Shown here: positions 26,200-39,749 of the stretch, one piece after another
Numbering within the stretch: position 1 is the first letter of the stretch
Layout: the number at the start of each line of letters is the position of its first letter
From: Raillietiella orientalis
Taxonomy: Eukaryota
Assembly (NCBI GenBank): GCA_036172245.1
Contig: JAYWIR010000016.1
Location: forward strand, 992,001-1,056,000
Direction: 5' to 3'
Length of the DNA: 64,000 nucleotides
Position numbers and translations under genes: made by a program
The notes under the pieces: generated by a model
Databases searched by the model: none
Seen by the model: the letters and a program-made list of their open reading frames with translations, nothing else
Told to the model about the DNA's origin: nothing

Positions 26200-27632
26200 C
26201 GTTTTCCAGCATCGCTGTCAGACCAAGTTTTTCTTTTTTTCCTCTTCATCAGCTTCGCGTGCTCTCCAGGCGCTTCAGACTCCCGGAAGCTGAGGATGGA
26301 GAAGACTCTCGGGAGAGCTCACTCTTTCTCAATGAGACGCTTATGTCGTCTCCATCCCCTCGCCCGGGTCTGCTCCGTCTCTGCCCCTCGTTCTTCAAGA
26401 ACACCCGAGGACGCGTCTGCTGCCGTCCCAGGAAGCACGCAGTTCTTTGCCACGGAGGAAGCAGAAGCAGAGTCGGCTTCCATGACTGTTGCAAACCCGA
26501 GACATGGCAGAGGAACCGTGCCTTTCCTCTGATCGGAGTACTCGGGAATCATCGGCTACAGCCACCGCAATCCATCCCTTCTATCAGCTGGAAAATCAGT
26601 CATCAAAATGCAAATTGAGTTCCCGGCTTCGTTGCCTCTTCGTGACAGAAAAAAGATTAAAAAAAAAAACCGCAGATCCGTGAAGAAGCTCCTTGTGGTC
26701 CATTAGAAAGATAGGACTATCTCCAGAGTCTTCGCGTTGTGATCAAAGATTCCGGCCCGAAGCAGCTGGTCGCACTATCAGATCCCGCGGAAGACCCTTG
26801 TGGAGAAGCCAACCACGCGCTCATCCCCATCTGCACCGGTTCACTCTTGCTAGCAAATCGCAGTGATTCCCGAGGAGGAAAGGGAAAGGGGAGCCTGCCC
26901 AAGGGACGCCTGCCTGTTCCTTTCTCCTCTCTCCCCTTCTCCTCTCTTTCCTGCCAAAGAGGAAGCGCCACGCATCTTCCGTGGAGCACGCTTTCCTCGC
27001 GCTTCCTGCGGGTCCACGTGGGAGTCCTCCCAACCCAACGTGGATGCCAATTGCGCTGAATCCTAGCCTTCGTGTGGGGCAGCACCCCGTGTGGAGCGTC
27101 GAGGCTCGCCGCCTTTCCTCGTCTGCTGAGCACCTCCGAACACCCCCGTCTTGCCCTTCCCACTGAGCTCCACCCCGCGATCCCCGCACCGACCCGAACA
27201 CGGCAGCTTCCTCTTTCAGCCCACAGATTCGACTCCCGACCACCGTTGGGCGCCCTCCTTCGCCCACTCACAAACCCCAAGCCCCCCTCCCCCTATTTGA
27301 CGAGTGTCCTTTTCTTCCTGACCGTCGTTCTAGAGCGATCCGGATAGCTCCCTGCGAAAAACGAGAAACCTTTCGAGAAACCTCCCTGATGCCCTCTTCC
27401 CTCTCCCCCGGACAAGCTCCGACCAGGGTTTTTCTCGCTTTTCGTCAAGCTCATAACGGGGGGGGGGGTTGCAGCAGGCTGCTCGCCGATGGCTATTCTC
27501 CCGAAAACAAAGTGGCCGAGAGCCGAGAACACATGGAAGCGGGGAAACACCGGCAGGGTGCCTTCGTGACGACCCTCTCTGCCTTTGTAAAAAGTGAGGG
27601 GTCTCGCACGGTGCATGTGCACATACACGTTC

Positions 27633-27667
<35 letters not shown>

Positions 27668-28050
27668 GCCTGAATGCAGAAGGGAGGAGGGCCCGCGCCG
27701 AGTCGGATGCAAGGGACGCACGACTCTTCCCTCGTCTCGGCGTGAGACCGGGTGGAAAAACCCTGTCCAAACCCGATTCGGGAGCTCGCAAAAACTCTCC
27801 CGGGTGGCCAAGCACCCCCTCCCCCCGGGAAAAAGGCGCGCACAGAGACAGAGTACAGATTTACCTTGGAGACGCGGCGATGGCGATGTTCGGGTAAACC
27901 ATAGCTCTTCCTGTTTGGCGGCCACAAGGTATCCTTTTGCGCAACGCTCCAGGACGAAGAGCCGACGACTTCCCGACTTGAGATCCTGCGTCCCGTTCCC
28001 TTGTCCGGGATCCCACGAAGTGCACCAGGACGCTCGCATGGCGTCGGCGA
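26200..28050 (-). mobile_element. Decayed non-LTR ORF2 post-RT and zinc-finger region
   Basis: LWFTRTSPSPRLQGKSVLC (cf. W...LS..GK), RVWTGFFHPVSRRDEG, then DCGGC...RFLCHVSGLQQSWK...ACFLG. Interrupted by a (GAT)n tract. Confidence 0.4.
27636..27666. repeat. (GAT)n microsatellite
   Basis: About 10 perfect GAT units seen directly. Confidence 0.9.
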
Positions 28051-28629
28051 GCGTTTAGCCAAGTTCACTTCGCGGCGGCACCCGCAGCCATTTTGTTTTT
28101 GTTTCTTCCCCTTGCAGCGGGCGTGCAAGAACGAAGGCAGGGCGGCGTGGCCCTCGGGATCGCCAGGGAGACATCCACGCGTGGAAGAGGGAGCAAAACG
28201 AAACACAAAAGGGTGATTGGGAACGACGGCGCCGCTTCCGGGTTTTTTTTTTTCCTTCCTTGATCGTCCGAGGAAGTGTCAGCGAGGACGTGCAAGCAGG
28301 AAAACGAGCTTACCGGATCTCAAGAGGGGCTAAGATGACGCGCAGGCAGGAAAGGGAAGAAGAAGCGCTTTCGTGGGAGAAGGAGGGGGGGGTTGGTTGG
28401 CAAGTGGGGGAGCGGGGAGGGGGGGGACACTGCCCGCTCGCCAGCATGCGCGCGCGCCGCGCGAGCGAGATCGTGGGGCGGGCCCTACGCACGCACACGT
28501 ACACACATACACACATTGTATACATTTTTTTTTTTTTTTTCCCCTTTTCCCCCGGCGCCATGGTCCTGCATCCCCGTGGTAATTCGAGGGAGAGGAGCGA
28601 TGCCGAGAGTCGGTTCAGATGGCCTCCTC

Positions 28630-28945
28630 GCGCGCCCTCATTAGCATATGCAAAACGCGGTTTTGTGATGCGTGCGCGCCGTCTGCAAAGGAAGGGGCGA
28701 GCGGCGGCGTCATCAGCATGCAGCCGACACGCAACAATGCGAGGCGCATCTGAAAAAATAATCCGCCGAGCAGCGTGCCCGTCGCTGAATAGAAGAGGAG
28801 GAGGAGATCTGAATGCTGTTAATGAAAACCGTTCGCTCTTATGCAAAGTTGAGGGTAATGACCACCTGAGCGCGACGCGGGCGTCGGGTAAAGGGTTGCG
28901 ATAACGGCAGGTCAGCATTGCCTGCCTGTGACAGATTGCATCTCG
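28630..28945. promoter_or_regulatory. Candidate developmental enhancer (POU/Sox/homeobox site cluster)
   Basis: CATTAGCATATGCAAA (paired octamer-like), AACAATG (Sox), TAATCC (K50 homeodomain), TTAATGA, TTATGCAAA, TGACAG (TALE) and CAGATG/CACCTG E-boxes within about 300 bp. Flanked by low-complexity tracts, with no LINE motifs. Confidence 0.35.
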
Positions 28946-29699
28946 AGAGAATGAAGGATTCGCAAGGGCCGCCGCCGCCCTCCCCCCCTCCCTTCTTCCT
29001 CACCCTCCGGGGACCTGCCGCCGCACCCACACCAGGTGTGCGGTGGTGGTGGTGCGTGCGCGTGACCCGTAATGAGAAGTCGCTGTGGGATGACGCCGCT
29101 GGCTCCTGGATTCGGATTTTCAGCTGCTGCTGCCCCCCCCCCCCAGGCACCATCCGGAAAGGGGGAAAAAAAAAAGAAAAAGAAAATCGTGCCGTCGCTG
29201 GTCGTCCGGCTGGGACTCGTATCGATTCCCTCCCAGAGCCCTTTATGATGCGCTGCGAACTCTTCCTCGAAAGAATGGACTCCGCGCGGGCGAGAGGCTG
29301 CGCCGCAGTTTCACGCACAAAGTTTGCGCGGGCATCACGAACGCTCCCCGCATGCGCGTTCTCCCGGACTTTTGTTTGGATCTTTTTCTCGAGTCTCCCT
29401 CCTCCCCCTCCCCCCACTCCTCCCCTCCTTTCTTGAAGTTCCATTCGGATTTTTCTTTGCCACCCCCCCCCCCCTTTTTTTTTTTTTCTTCTTGTGGGCA
29501 GCAGAAAGAGGATGCATCTCGGACAGACTGATGACGAGTGGTTCGTGGCTGCCGATTCGCCGCAAGTAGAAAAGCAAAATCAAAAAGGAGGGGAGGGGGA
29601 GGCCGAAATGGATTCTGGGAAAATTGGAGAAACTCCCGCTCCTCTGCATGGGCAGGGAAGGAGATGAAGCCACTCCCTGAGCGTTCCCCCGTTTTCTTC

Positions 29700-31320
29700 A
29701 GTGCTACTGCGAGCACAGTGTCCCCCATTTGGGCCTGCGGATGGCAACGCCGAGCATCCGCGAGACATTTTTGGTCGCGTGGCGCCCAGGTTTTGCTCGG
29801 CGCCACGCCGCGAGCAGCCGGCGTGGTGGGCGAGGGAGGTGGCGAGCGCAGGTTTGCCGGAGAGCCCGCTGGCGACCCGGTGATGCGGCGATGGTCCTGC
29901 TTGTGCTCGCGCGCCCGCCAAGAGGGCCGAAGATCCACCCGTCGACCTCAGAGACCCCAATCCTTCTTCCTTGCACGAAGTGCTCTCGCGGAGCACGTGA
30001 GGTGACGCACCGCCACCAGGGCGGCGACGGCGCGGTGCACCTGCCGCCTCGCCACCCGGAGGAACCCATCGGGGGGTCGCCATCGGTTTCTCCAGGTCCG
30101 CCGTAAGGAGGTCAGCCAGGATTTCTCCATCGGATATGGGAGCGAAGAAGCATCACGCAGGTTGGGTGGGTTACATCCTCCTCCCTCTTTCCTCCACTGC
30201 GACCCCACCTCCTCCAGGAGTGACTTTTTCTGGACTGGTGGAGCAACAGCAGCAGTGCCGTGCTCCTGAAGAACACACATGGAGGCTCCCCATGCGGTGG
30301 TCTACCAGCTGGTCTGAGAGAACATCTCGACACAGAACCCACGTAGTGGGAAATCGTCGCTTCCCGAGAACGGCTGGGCCCGGCTCCAGGAGGACGCGCG
30401 CGTGGCAGCCTCTATGAAGGAAGGGAAGATGAGCAGCGGGTTTGCGTGGACCTCTTCAAGCAGCGACCACGGTTGCTGCACGTCTCCATAGGGGGGAGGA
30501 GAACAGGGGAGCAGAGTAAGGAGATGGGAGCTGCTAGCACCACAGCTGTGGAGGATTCCTTCTTGCCCCCAAGGGGCAGGGTGCTGGCCGCGCTTTCCTC
30601 TGGCCACACCGACCTGTCAGTTCGAGCACGGACTCGAAGGGAGCATTTGGGGAGCTCGGAGTGCACTGCCTAGAAGCAACTCCCCCTTTCTTCCCCCCCC
30701 CCCCTTCTGAGCGAGCACTGCGACCGGTGGAGCTACCCGCCCTCTCTCCCGCTCCTCTGCTCCCCAGCTGGCTTCTTCTTGCTACCCTCTCCAGAAGGAG
30801 CCTCGGGAGGATGTCTTCGCGCTCAGCATGTCCAGGGCGTTCCTCTGGTAACCAAGGGCGGGAAGGGGCTCTCTCCTCCTTCACCTCCTAGTAATTTGAG
30901 AGAAACGCAGGGCGTCGTGCCGCGAGTCAACCGTGGGCGTTCGTGCGATGGCTTTCCCCCTGCGTTGGGGCCACCCATGCAGCAGGCCTCCAGAGCCGTC
31001 CCTCGACAGGAAGGGTGGGATGGGTAGCTGCCCCGCCGCCGCAGCCGCCGGTCTGCGGCGCCCTCCGTTCGGGGCAGGTGCATGAAGGAGATGACGTTCA
31101 GCTTCGCTTTCCCGGACGGACTCCCCCCCTTTCGCAGCAGACACCACCTCGTGTGGCCGGCGCCGTGGCCGCTCGCGTGGCGGCCCTCCCTGCTGGTCGC
31201 ACCCGACTGCGGCACGAGGAGGGGGTGGTCAGCACTTGCGTCGCAAAAGGGCTGAGGCTCCGAGAAAACCCTCCTCTGACTTCTGACCCCTCTCCCCCGG
31301 CCAAGTGCGCGCGTCTCACG
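29700..31320 (-). mobile_element. Decayed non-LTR ORF2 3' half
   Basis: RSLSPFATQVLT (position of AYADDV), SGKAKLNVISF, LLHGWPQRRGKAI, GSFWRG*QEEASW...QKGGGG, PHVLRESTSC, WIFGPLGG...LLAAWRRAK, in the expected order. Confidence 0.45.
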
Positions 31321-31449
31321 GTGCTTTCCCCTTGTACAATTGTATTCTATACCCGCATGTACCCTGATTTTTGAGAATCAAGCACTCTGGCGTGACCTCA
31401 TCCTGGACGCAGAGACAACTCATTTAAAGTAAACAAAGAGCCCTATTTA

Positions 31450-34100
31450 TGGGTGTGAAGGGATGACTCTCACTGGGGACGGAACTAGGGAGGGGAGGAG
31501 GGAGGGCCGACGTGGAAATAGGGGATGGGATGGACCGGCGTCGCGGCATTCGGCACGGATTTCAGAGGGCCTGCGTCGGAAAGGATGAGAGGAATGAGGT
31601 AGACTCCATGCCCGCAGGCGTAGGGTCAGCCTGCCCGTCTCGTCTCCGTCCGCACGGAGTCTGAGGCGATCGCCAAGTGGCTCTCCAGGACGACGGCCAC
31701 GCCCTTCCTCCTCCATTTTGGCGGCCGCCGCTGTCAGCACGTGGCGGGGAATCGCCAGCTCAGAGGCCACTGGCGGGCCTGGGGGAGTGAACGAGGCTTT
31801 GAACATGCTCTGCGGGACAGCATCAGGGAAAAACCGAAGTGCTCCGGTGATGCGCTTCCAGCCCTGACGCAGCCTCCCGCATTCAAGGAGCACGTGCGGC
31901 GGCGGCGGCGGCGGCAAGGTTCCCAACCCCTCCCCTCCCCCATACTCCTCCATGTCCCATTGGGTGCGGTTTGTGGACGCGCTCTCCCCGCCGAGTCTTG
32001 CTGGTCACTTCTTCCTTACGGAAGGGGGAGTGTCCAGCAAGATGGTAGTCCGGCTGGTCACGAAGAGGAACAGGGCGGCTCACGAAGAATGCCCGAGAGC
32101 TCTGTCCATCTCCCAGGTCCCTAAGGCCAGATCTGGAGCCGTTGCTTCCTCCGCCAGACGAAAAGCTTCCACTTGATCTATGACCCTGGAGACCTCTGCG
32201 ATCGAGCCGGCCACTCACGCTGCCCGAGCCGCGTCCTCCGTCGATGCATTGCAAAACGCTCGGCGTAGCCCTGGGAGGCAGGAGAGCATCGTCGAGTACC
32301 TCGCCCAGGCAGGGTTTCTGTCGGCGTCCGATGGCGCTGATGCTGCTGCTGGAGAGGGGCTGACCTTCCTAGGCGCCTTCACACTTCCGGATGATTCCTG
32401 GCTCCGCGCGATCCAGGGACGAAGGGACGCCCAGTTTCACATCCGAATCGGAGGCGCGCCCGCGGTTGCACAGGAGGGCGCACGCACGGCACACCCTCCG
32501 CGGTTCGCCCCGCGTCCCTCAGGAGAGCGCGCGCAAGAGGAGACGCCAGCGAGCGGTCCTACAGACTCTCCGGGAGAAAGCTCGGGTCCGTATCCTGGAG
32601 AAGGGGTTGAAACCAGCCCTGCAACCGCGCCTGACATCTGGAGGAGCCCCGCGGGGCTTGCAGCGGCAGCCCGGCAACCCGGTGGCGCGCATCCGACCGT
32701 CCCCTAGGAGAACGGAATAGGGGGACTGGGAAAGGAGAGCGACGAAGTCGCGAAGCGCTGCAGCTCTCCCGGGAGGAAGCGACCAGGAAGTCCTCGTCGC
32801 GAATGGGCACCCTATGATCACCTCGGCAGGACGGGCTACTCCTTCCTCAGGGAGAGGGAACGAATTCACGGGCAACAACCACTCCCAGGAGAGGGAGGGA
32901 TCCACCCGCGAGGAGGCCGGTCCTTGTCCAGAGACAAACCAGAAGCCAGCGCGGCTTCTTCCTTCTCTTCTTCCGCGTTCAAGCCAGAAGAACGCCTCGA
33001 GCGAGGCGGCCAAGGTTCTCAGAGGCAGCAGGAGAAGCAGACCGTAGGCGTGAGCCGCCACTCCTGGGGTGCCATCCTAGCGGGGTGGGGGGCAACCAGG
33101 TGAGGTCAGCACCAGCTCAAAGGACAAGCTGTCGGATCCCCCTCCTGACCTCGAGGCCCTCGCTGGACAAGACAAACCCTGACGGCTTCGAGCCGAAGAA
33201 ACAGGCTGAGGGGAAGACTGACCAGGAAGCTAAGCCGTCCCAGCAGTTTCCCGGGAAGCTCAGCCTGCCTGGAGGCACTCGGGTCGAGGCGGAAGCGGCT
33301 GCCGCCTCAGCTTTCCCTGGGGCGCGCAGCGAAACCTCTTCAGCCTCCACCTGTTGCCGTAGCAGCGTGGCTTCTCCTCCCCCTCTCCTCCGCCCTGCAT
33401 GTGGCCCAGCTGATCTCGGCGGGTGCCCTGGATTTTCGGGAGTTCGCCTCCTACCCGTGTCTCGAGGGCTCCCAAAAAGCCCTCGAAGTTTGGGTTTGCA
33501 AAGATTCCGCCATCGGAGGGTGGCCCCGTGAGGGGCGCCCAGAGCTCCCCATGGCCAACCTTCTTCCGGAGGGCAGGGGGGGGATGTTTCCCAAACCACG
33601 TGGGTAGGGGAGGACTCTGACAAAGCGCCCACCCCTCAGTATCCTTGGCCATGTCGAGGGCGTTCCCTCCCCCCTCCTCTTCAGATGGATCACCACCGAC
33701 CTGTCCTTAGGGGGTCGGAAAGACCTGCCGCCCCTCCACCAACCTGAGCGGGCAGTGGACCAACGCCGCCGCATCCATGTGAGCGGCCGTAAGTCCCTGC
33801 TTGCCCCTGGAGTGCCCGAGAGGACTCCGAGAGCTCCACACGCACGGACTTAGAAACGCGCCCGCCTCATAAACGAGAGTGAAGGTTGTACCTCCGGACT
33901 CAGCCGGCCGTGGTCCTCATGTCCGTCTCCGGTTCAGAGGTGGCCAAGGAGGTCACTGCCGTCTGCAGGCTCCCGACACGGTTCATTCGCCGTGCCCCGA
34001 CGACGACCTGCTTCCAGGGGATCCACTCGCTGGAGTCTGGGCGAGGGGACTCCACGGTGGCCCTCATCAGGGATGCGGAGTAGCGTCCCGCCGAAACGAC
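31450..34100 (+). mobile_element. Decayed non-LTR ORF2 (RT to C-terminus)
   Basis: SHWVRFVDAL, RAAHEECPRALS (cf. RGVRQGCPLS), GLTFLGAF...DSW (cf. KYLG..W), ITSAGRA (cf. LS..GR), ECPRGLRELHTHGL (zinc-finger position). Confidence 0.4.
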
Positions 34101-34199
34101 GACCCAAGAAGTCGGAGACCTGGTTAGACGACTGACTGCGGCAGTATGAAGGAAAGTCTAGACAACTCGCGGGAGCGCTCGTGTCCTCACGCCACGTCG

Positions 34200-37100
34200 C
34201 AACCTCCTCCTCCTCCCTCTCTGCCTTTCTCGCAGCTGGACCATTTATTTACCTTATTTATTCCAAGTCACTGTGCACCACACGGAGCAAGGGGAGCGGC
34301 GAGGTGTTACTTTCCCGAGGGCATCTGGTCATCCGACTCGGATGCTGCCCGCCAAGTCCCCGAGGGGAAGGGGGGGCATCTTGCGGATCCGGGTATTGGT
34401 AGGGAAATTGTGAAGGGGGAGGACTGCGGCGCCAGTTCCTCCTGCCCCTCCCAGAAGGCAGCAAATAAGGTAGGCAGGACGACCGATCGACCCGCGCAAC
34501 GGCGCGATCGGGAGCCGAGCGACTGGAGCGCGGAGGGAACGCGCGCACGCGCACGCGCGTCGGAGCCTATCCACGCGTTTCCTTCCCGACGGCCACGCAG
34601 CGCAGGGTCTCGTGCTACCGGATGGTCACCGGATGAGGCGGAGATCAGGTAATCCCTCTGGATTGAAGAGCGATGCCGTTGGCTGGCAGATCCTCTCAGA
34701 AACGTCTCCTTTGGAAGCGGAACGGGGAGAGGATGGGGTGATGCCCTCCTTTCGGAAGCATCGGGGCTGCCTCGGTAGACCAAAGTCCTTCAGTGCCGAT
34801 GACCTCGCGTGACCCGTCGTGGTAGGGGCGTTCGGATACAAGTCAGCAAGGCCGAGGTTCCGGGAGGAATAAGGGGAACCAGCGGGTTCTTCCGGATGCG
34901 AGAGGGAAAGGAGGAGTGCCCAGATGGATCAGGGATCGCGGTCGAAGGAGGAAGGTGCCAGGCTCAGAAGAGAGCGTGCTACATGCTGCAGGACCAAGGA
35001 GGCGTGGGAGAGACGCTCCGATCCCGGTCCAGGCGGGAGCTCTGGGCAGATGCCGATGGACGAGCACGGGGTCTATTACTGTCAGTCCCCACCCTGACTC
35101 ACTCCTCCGTTCTCTCGGGGGACCGCTCCCCTTCCAAGCTATCGTGGAGACCCCGACCGACAGAGGACTCACCCCGAAGCAGAAGAGCCGCCTGCGGACG
35201 CCGGCTCCGAAGACCGAAATGCAAAGTATCCGGTGGCCAGTCTCTCCTCGACCCCCTTCAGACCATGAGGAGAAAACTCCCGTCTTGAGGCCTCGGGGAA
35301 GGCGCACGGCGGGACTCATGCGAGGGCGTTGCGCTGCAGGAGAAACACCGTCCCGGTGGCGGAGCAGAGGAGCTCCGCCGCCCGCCATTGCCGAGACAGG
35401 GGGGCGCTCCCGTCGGAAGAGAAGGGCCTCCCCACGTTTCCCCTCGCCCAGATCTGGGGCTCGAGCTCCCCCGTTAAGGGAAGGACGGTGCCAGACACTC
35501 CTTCCCTGGGTGCTCGAGCACTGGTTCCGCCGAAGGGTGCGCTGCTGCCGCCGCCGCTGATTCCGAGCTTTCAGGCGGCGGCAGGAAGGGGTCGGAATGG
35601 TGAGCCGCGAGGGGCCACGGGAGCGAGGAGGGCGAGGATGGGAAGCCGGGAGGAGGGAGTGAGGAGCGCACGCCCGAGATAACGCCGGGAGCATCGGAGG
35701 CAGGCTGGGGAGCGGGTCGATTCCGGGCCGGGAGAGACGCCTTCAGCCTCTTCCTTCCCCCTTCCCCTTCCGAAAAGGGGAATTCTGGACGGAAGGGGGG
35801 ACGGAAGAGGAATGCGGCAGTGATGCGGCCGGTCTCTCTCGTTCGCTCCCGGAGGCGATCCCCGAAGCCTCCCCCTCCTTCCCGTCCGGCGCAGCCTCCC
35901 TCCCCTTCCGGTTAATCCCGAGGAAGCATGTCAGGAGGGATTTCCGCTCTTCCCCAGAGCGCGAATCACGGAGCGCGGAGAGAAGGGTAACCATGGCGTC
36001 CGCGCGCCCGAGGAGGAGTCCCCGCGATCCCTCTTTTCCTGTCCGGGAAGCGACGCCAGCGCAATCGATGAAGCGCCGGCAGCAGGGAAAAGCGAGGGAG
36101 CGGACGAGCGATCTCGAAAACGGAAATTCCTGCGGAGGAAAGATGGGAGCTCCGAGGGGTTGCCGCGCGCGCTTCCCCCTCTCCCCCTCCCCTCTCTGGC
36201 GTGCACGCGCGCTCCCCCTTTTCCCTCTCCTCCTCTTTCCAGTCGGATGATCTTCCCGCCGCCGCCCAGCTCTCCGGAGACAGGAACAAAGGGGACGCGC
36301 CACTCCCGCGGAAGGGAGCCGGCAGGGAAGGCGGCGGCGGCGCGTCTGCTCCCTTCTTCCCCCCCGCATCCGGAAGCCCAATGGGGCAGGCACCCCAAAA
36401 GGGACGCGGAAGCTTTCCTCGATGCCCTCACCGCTCGGTCGCTTCTCTGCGAGGGAGGTCTGGGTGGATGAGCTCCCGGAATCGGCAGGACAGAGAGGGC
36501 GCGAGCAGCCTGCCCTCAGGGGTGATGCCCACCCATCTGCTGGGCGAGTCCCGGCTCAGGCTCCTCGCAGAAGGAGGAGGAGCTGGTGAGGACCGGGCTG
36601 GAGGTTTCCCTGGTGTCGGGTCCGGACGTCCCCAAATCTCATGCGTCCCCCATCCCCCACGTCCCTTCCCTGGGTAGTCGGCCCGAGTGCCAAGCGGAGC
36701 TCCCCTGCTCCGCTGCCGGGGTGGAGAGAGGGCATCTCCGTGTTTCTGGTAACCGCGATTCCACCCTCTCCTCTGGCCTTCCTTCCTCCTCTCCCTCTTC
36801 CCGGGGTTCCATGGGCTGTTTCCTCCGGGAGGGACCCCTTCGAGAGGAACGGCCCCTCCCCACGGGGCGAGAGGAGGAAAACGGGCCTGTGGTTCTCCGG
36901 CGGCGGCACGCCCTCGCACGCGTCCCTCCGCACCTTTCGGGAACGCCCCCCTTCCGTGCATCTTCCCTGGTGTGGACCGCTCGATCGGCGCACAGCGACG
37001 TCCCTCCTGGTGGGTCCCTCAACGGATTGCACGTGCAGCTCCAGGAAGGCCCTCCTTGCCCCTCAGGCAGGCAGAGCCTCGCCAGTCCCGACCCCTTCAG

Positions 37101-37350
37101 GCCGGAGTGCCCAGCTTCCTCTGCAGACGTCTCTTCCGGAATTCCGGGACGATTCCGTCCACCCCGGAAGAGACAAAGGGGGTACCCTTCGGTCGACATC
37201 CCCGCCTAGGAGGAGAAGAGGGGCAGGGAAAGGAAGCGAGGAATCCCCGGCTCTTCGTTATCTTCCCCCTTCAGGTCCCTTCCGGCCTACGCACGCCTCG
37301 TGGCTGCTCGCGTTCCTCGAGGAGAGTGCGACTCGCCCCTGAACCGGGGA
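34200..37350 (-). mobile_element. Ancient, very GC-rich L1/Tx1-like RT fossil
   Basis: SRWVGITPEGRLLAPSLSCRFRELIHPD (~36470; cf. NWRPISLL..KILA..L..RL..LIHPDQ), LFLSPESWAAAGRSSDW, RRFIDCAG, PGIDPLPSLPPML (cf. QGDPLSPLLF), LAAHHSDPFL (YADD position). Confidence 0.55.
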
Positions 37351-39749
37351 CGCTTCGGGAACATCGGCAGGGAAGGGGGGGGGGGAACACCTGGGGAGAC
37401 GAACGCCGCGCGGGTGCGCGACCAGGTTCAGTCCCGGCGCTGGAAGGTGGGTGAGCCCGGAACCGGGAAGGAGGAAGAGGGAAGAGGCCGGGAAAGAGAA
37501 TGAAGGGAGGAAGAGGGGGAGGAGGAGGGAGTCCTCTGGACTCCCCCTCATTCTCCTCCTCCCGTGGTACGGGTGAAAAAAAAAAAAAAGTGGGGCACAT
37601 GGGGTTCCTCCTGCAGGTCGGAGGGAAGTATGGAGCTCGAAGGAATCCCCCTCTAGGAGCGCACACGCAGTAGCAGGAAGGGCGGAGGGGTTCCACTGGC
37701 TCCTCTCGAGGGTCGACGGGAGGCAGCCCCTTCGCAGCAGCTCCGCGGTTGGATGGGATTAGACGCGAACAGCGAGGAGGCAGGGAGCCGATCCCTGGAT
37801 GAAGCTCCTGGGGAATTCCTGGATTCGAGGACGGCGGGCGCGCTTCGTTCCTCTCGAAAGATCGAAGCGAAGGAAACACGCGCAAAAAAAGAAAAAAGAA
37901 AACATGGGGGAGGGGAGGTGAAGAGAAGGAGCGCGCGGTTCCGCTGGCAGCAGAGCCTGGCTGGCCGCCACGCGGACGCGCGCCGCTTTCATTTGTCGCA
38001 GAGGAGAGGGGAGGGGGGGGGGAGGTTCTCGCTCACCGAAAGCGACCCTGCACTTCTCCCGAAACACCTGCGCGGGTGCACAGCGTGGGTTCAATGATGG
38101 CGGTCTTTCCCTCCCCTCCTTTCTTCTCCGCCACGCGCCGTCTGGTCCTGTGCTTCGGTCGGGAGAGGCCGCGAAGCTCCAGCACGCATCCAGGGGCAGG
38201 TCCCAGGACCCTTCGCCGTTGTTTATCCCTGAGTATGGTGCAGCCACTTTTTCCTCTTTGTGTTGCAGGCCGGGGCGAGCAGTCTCCTCCTCCCCTTCTT
38301 TTCCCTCCCCTCCCCTGTGCTCTCCGCCGTTCCGCTGGTCACCAGCGTTCTCCTGGCTGGCGACCACTTGCCCCGCTTGCCGCTTGCCTTGCACAACGCG
38401 GACTCCAGGTGGGGTTCGGGGGGCTCGGGACGAAGAACCGCCTACGAAGATCTCCTCCTCCCCTTCCTTCCCCGATCGGGATCCCAGTCCCGAACTGATC
38501 GAGCCGCACCGTCGCCGCCGCTCGCCTGTGCCTCCGTCCCTCCCGGACGGAACTGCGCTCTTCCGCGACACGCGGTCACCTTGGCCTCGAGTTCCAGCAC
38601 TTCCGCACCCGCTCTTGGTGAAGCTGCTTGACTGATCTCGGGCGCGGATAATCCCTTCCCGGCAGCCGACTGAGGAACGGAGAAACCCTTCCTGGCCTGG
38701 AACAGTACCCAAGCCAACGTGTTCTCCAGTTGGGAGCAGAAAGACCACGAAGCCCCATCCGACTTCGAAGGACAGCCATTTCCTCTGCACCCGGCAAAAA
38801 CTCTGCTGCTGCGAAGCAGGGAGAGAGGCGACGCAGGGATAAGCAGAAGATGTTCGCTCAGAGGTGCCAGGAGCTCCTGCCAAGCCATCCGTCGGCCATT
38901 TTTCATTGCTTGCCACCCCATCGGCGCTTCGTTTAATTCGGGTGCAATCTCTCAGAGAAGAGGAGGAAGAAGGAGAAAAGAAGGAGCACAGCCGAAACCT
39001 CGACGCCATAACTGCAGTTAGCACCGGATTTCACGGTTGCGCGAAAATTCCTCCTGCAGCTCGAAAAGTTGGTTCCTGCAATCCCTTCGAGCGTCTCGGA
39101 GCGTGGGCGCAGCAGCTTTCATCCTTATTGAGAGCATCCTCGTTGGCACTGTGTAGGAAGGAGATGAAATCGCAGAAGAAGAAAAAGTGATGAGCTGCGA
39201 TAAAGACGAAATAAGAAACAACCGAGCGCACGTATGAAAAAAGACCAGTGTGTACATGTGTGCATGCATAAACAATCACTAGGCGCATGTTGGTCACGCA
39301 AGTACGCATGTGTGCGAGCATGCCTATGCACCCATGCCTGAAGCACCAGACGCAGATTAAAAACGCTCTGCTGCGCCGAACATTACTGTGTTGTGTTATC
39401 TTTTCTCCAGCTGGTGTTAGCGTACGGTGTGTTGCCAACAAATAGGAAAATACAAGGGAATCCACGCGCACGTGCACTTCCTTGTTTTGCGATCCAAACA
39501 CAGGAAACTGGGGCCTGTTCAAACGCAAAGCTCCGAGCAGCCTCACGAAAAGATGCCAAGCCTCCAGCCAGCGGCTGGTCATCTTCTTCCCTCCAAACGC
39601 CGCGCCAGCCACCTCCTAAGCTCCTCAAGAGGGATTCTCAAAGAGGACCGAGTTCTGCGAGGGGGAAAGGCGTCCCGGGTCCGAGAAAAATAATAGCTCT
39701 TTGGTAGCTTTGGCAACTGTGAGATACGGATACCTTAAACGTAAAAGTT

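Noticed and set aside
29700..34100. Head-to-head fossils as one twin-primed (5'-inverted) insertion
   Set aside because: Both halves appear to cover the same RT-to-C-terminus region, so they are more likely independent insertions.
37759..39024. 421-aa ORF on the minus strand
   Set aside because: Ser/Gly/Arg-rich with no domain, and overlapped by many equally long ORFs in other frames. Expected by chance in very GC-rich DNA.
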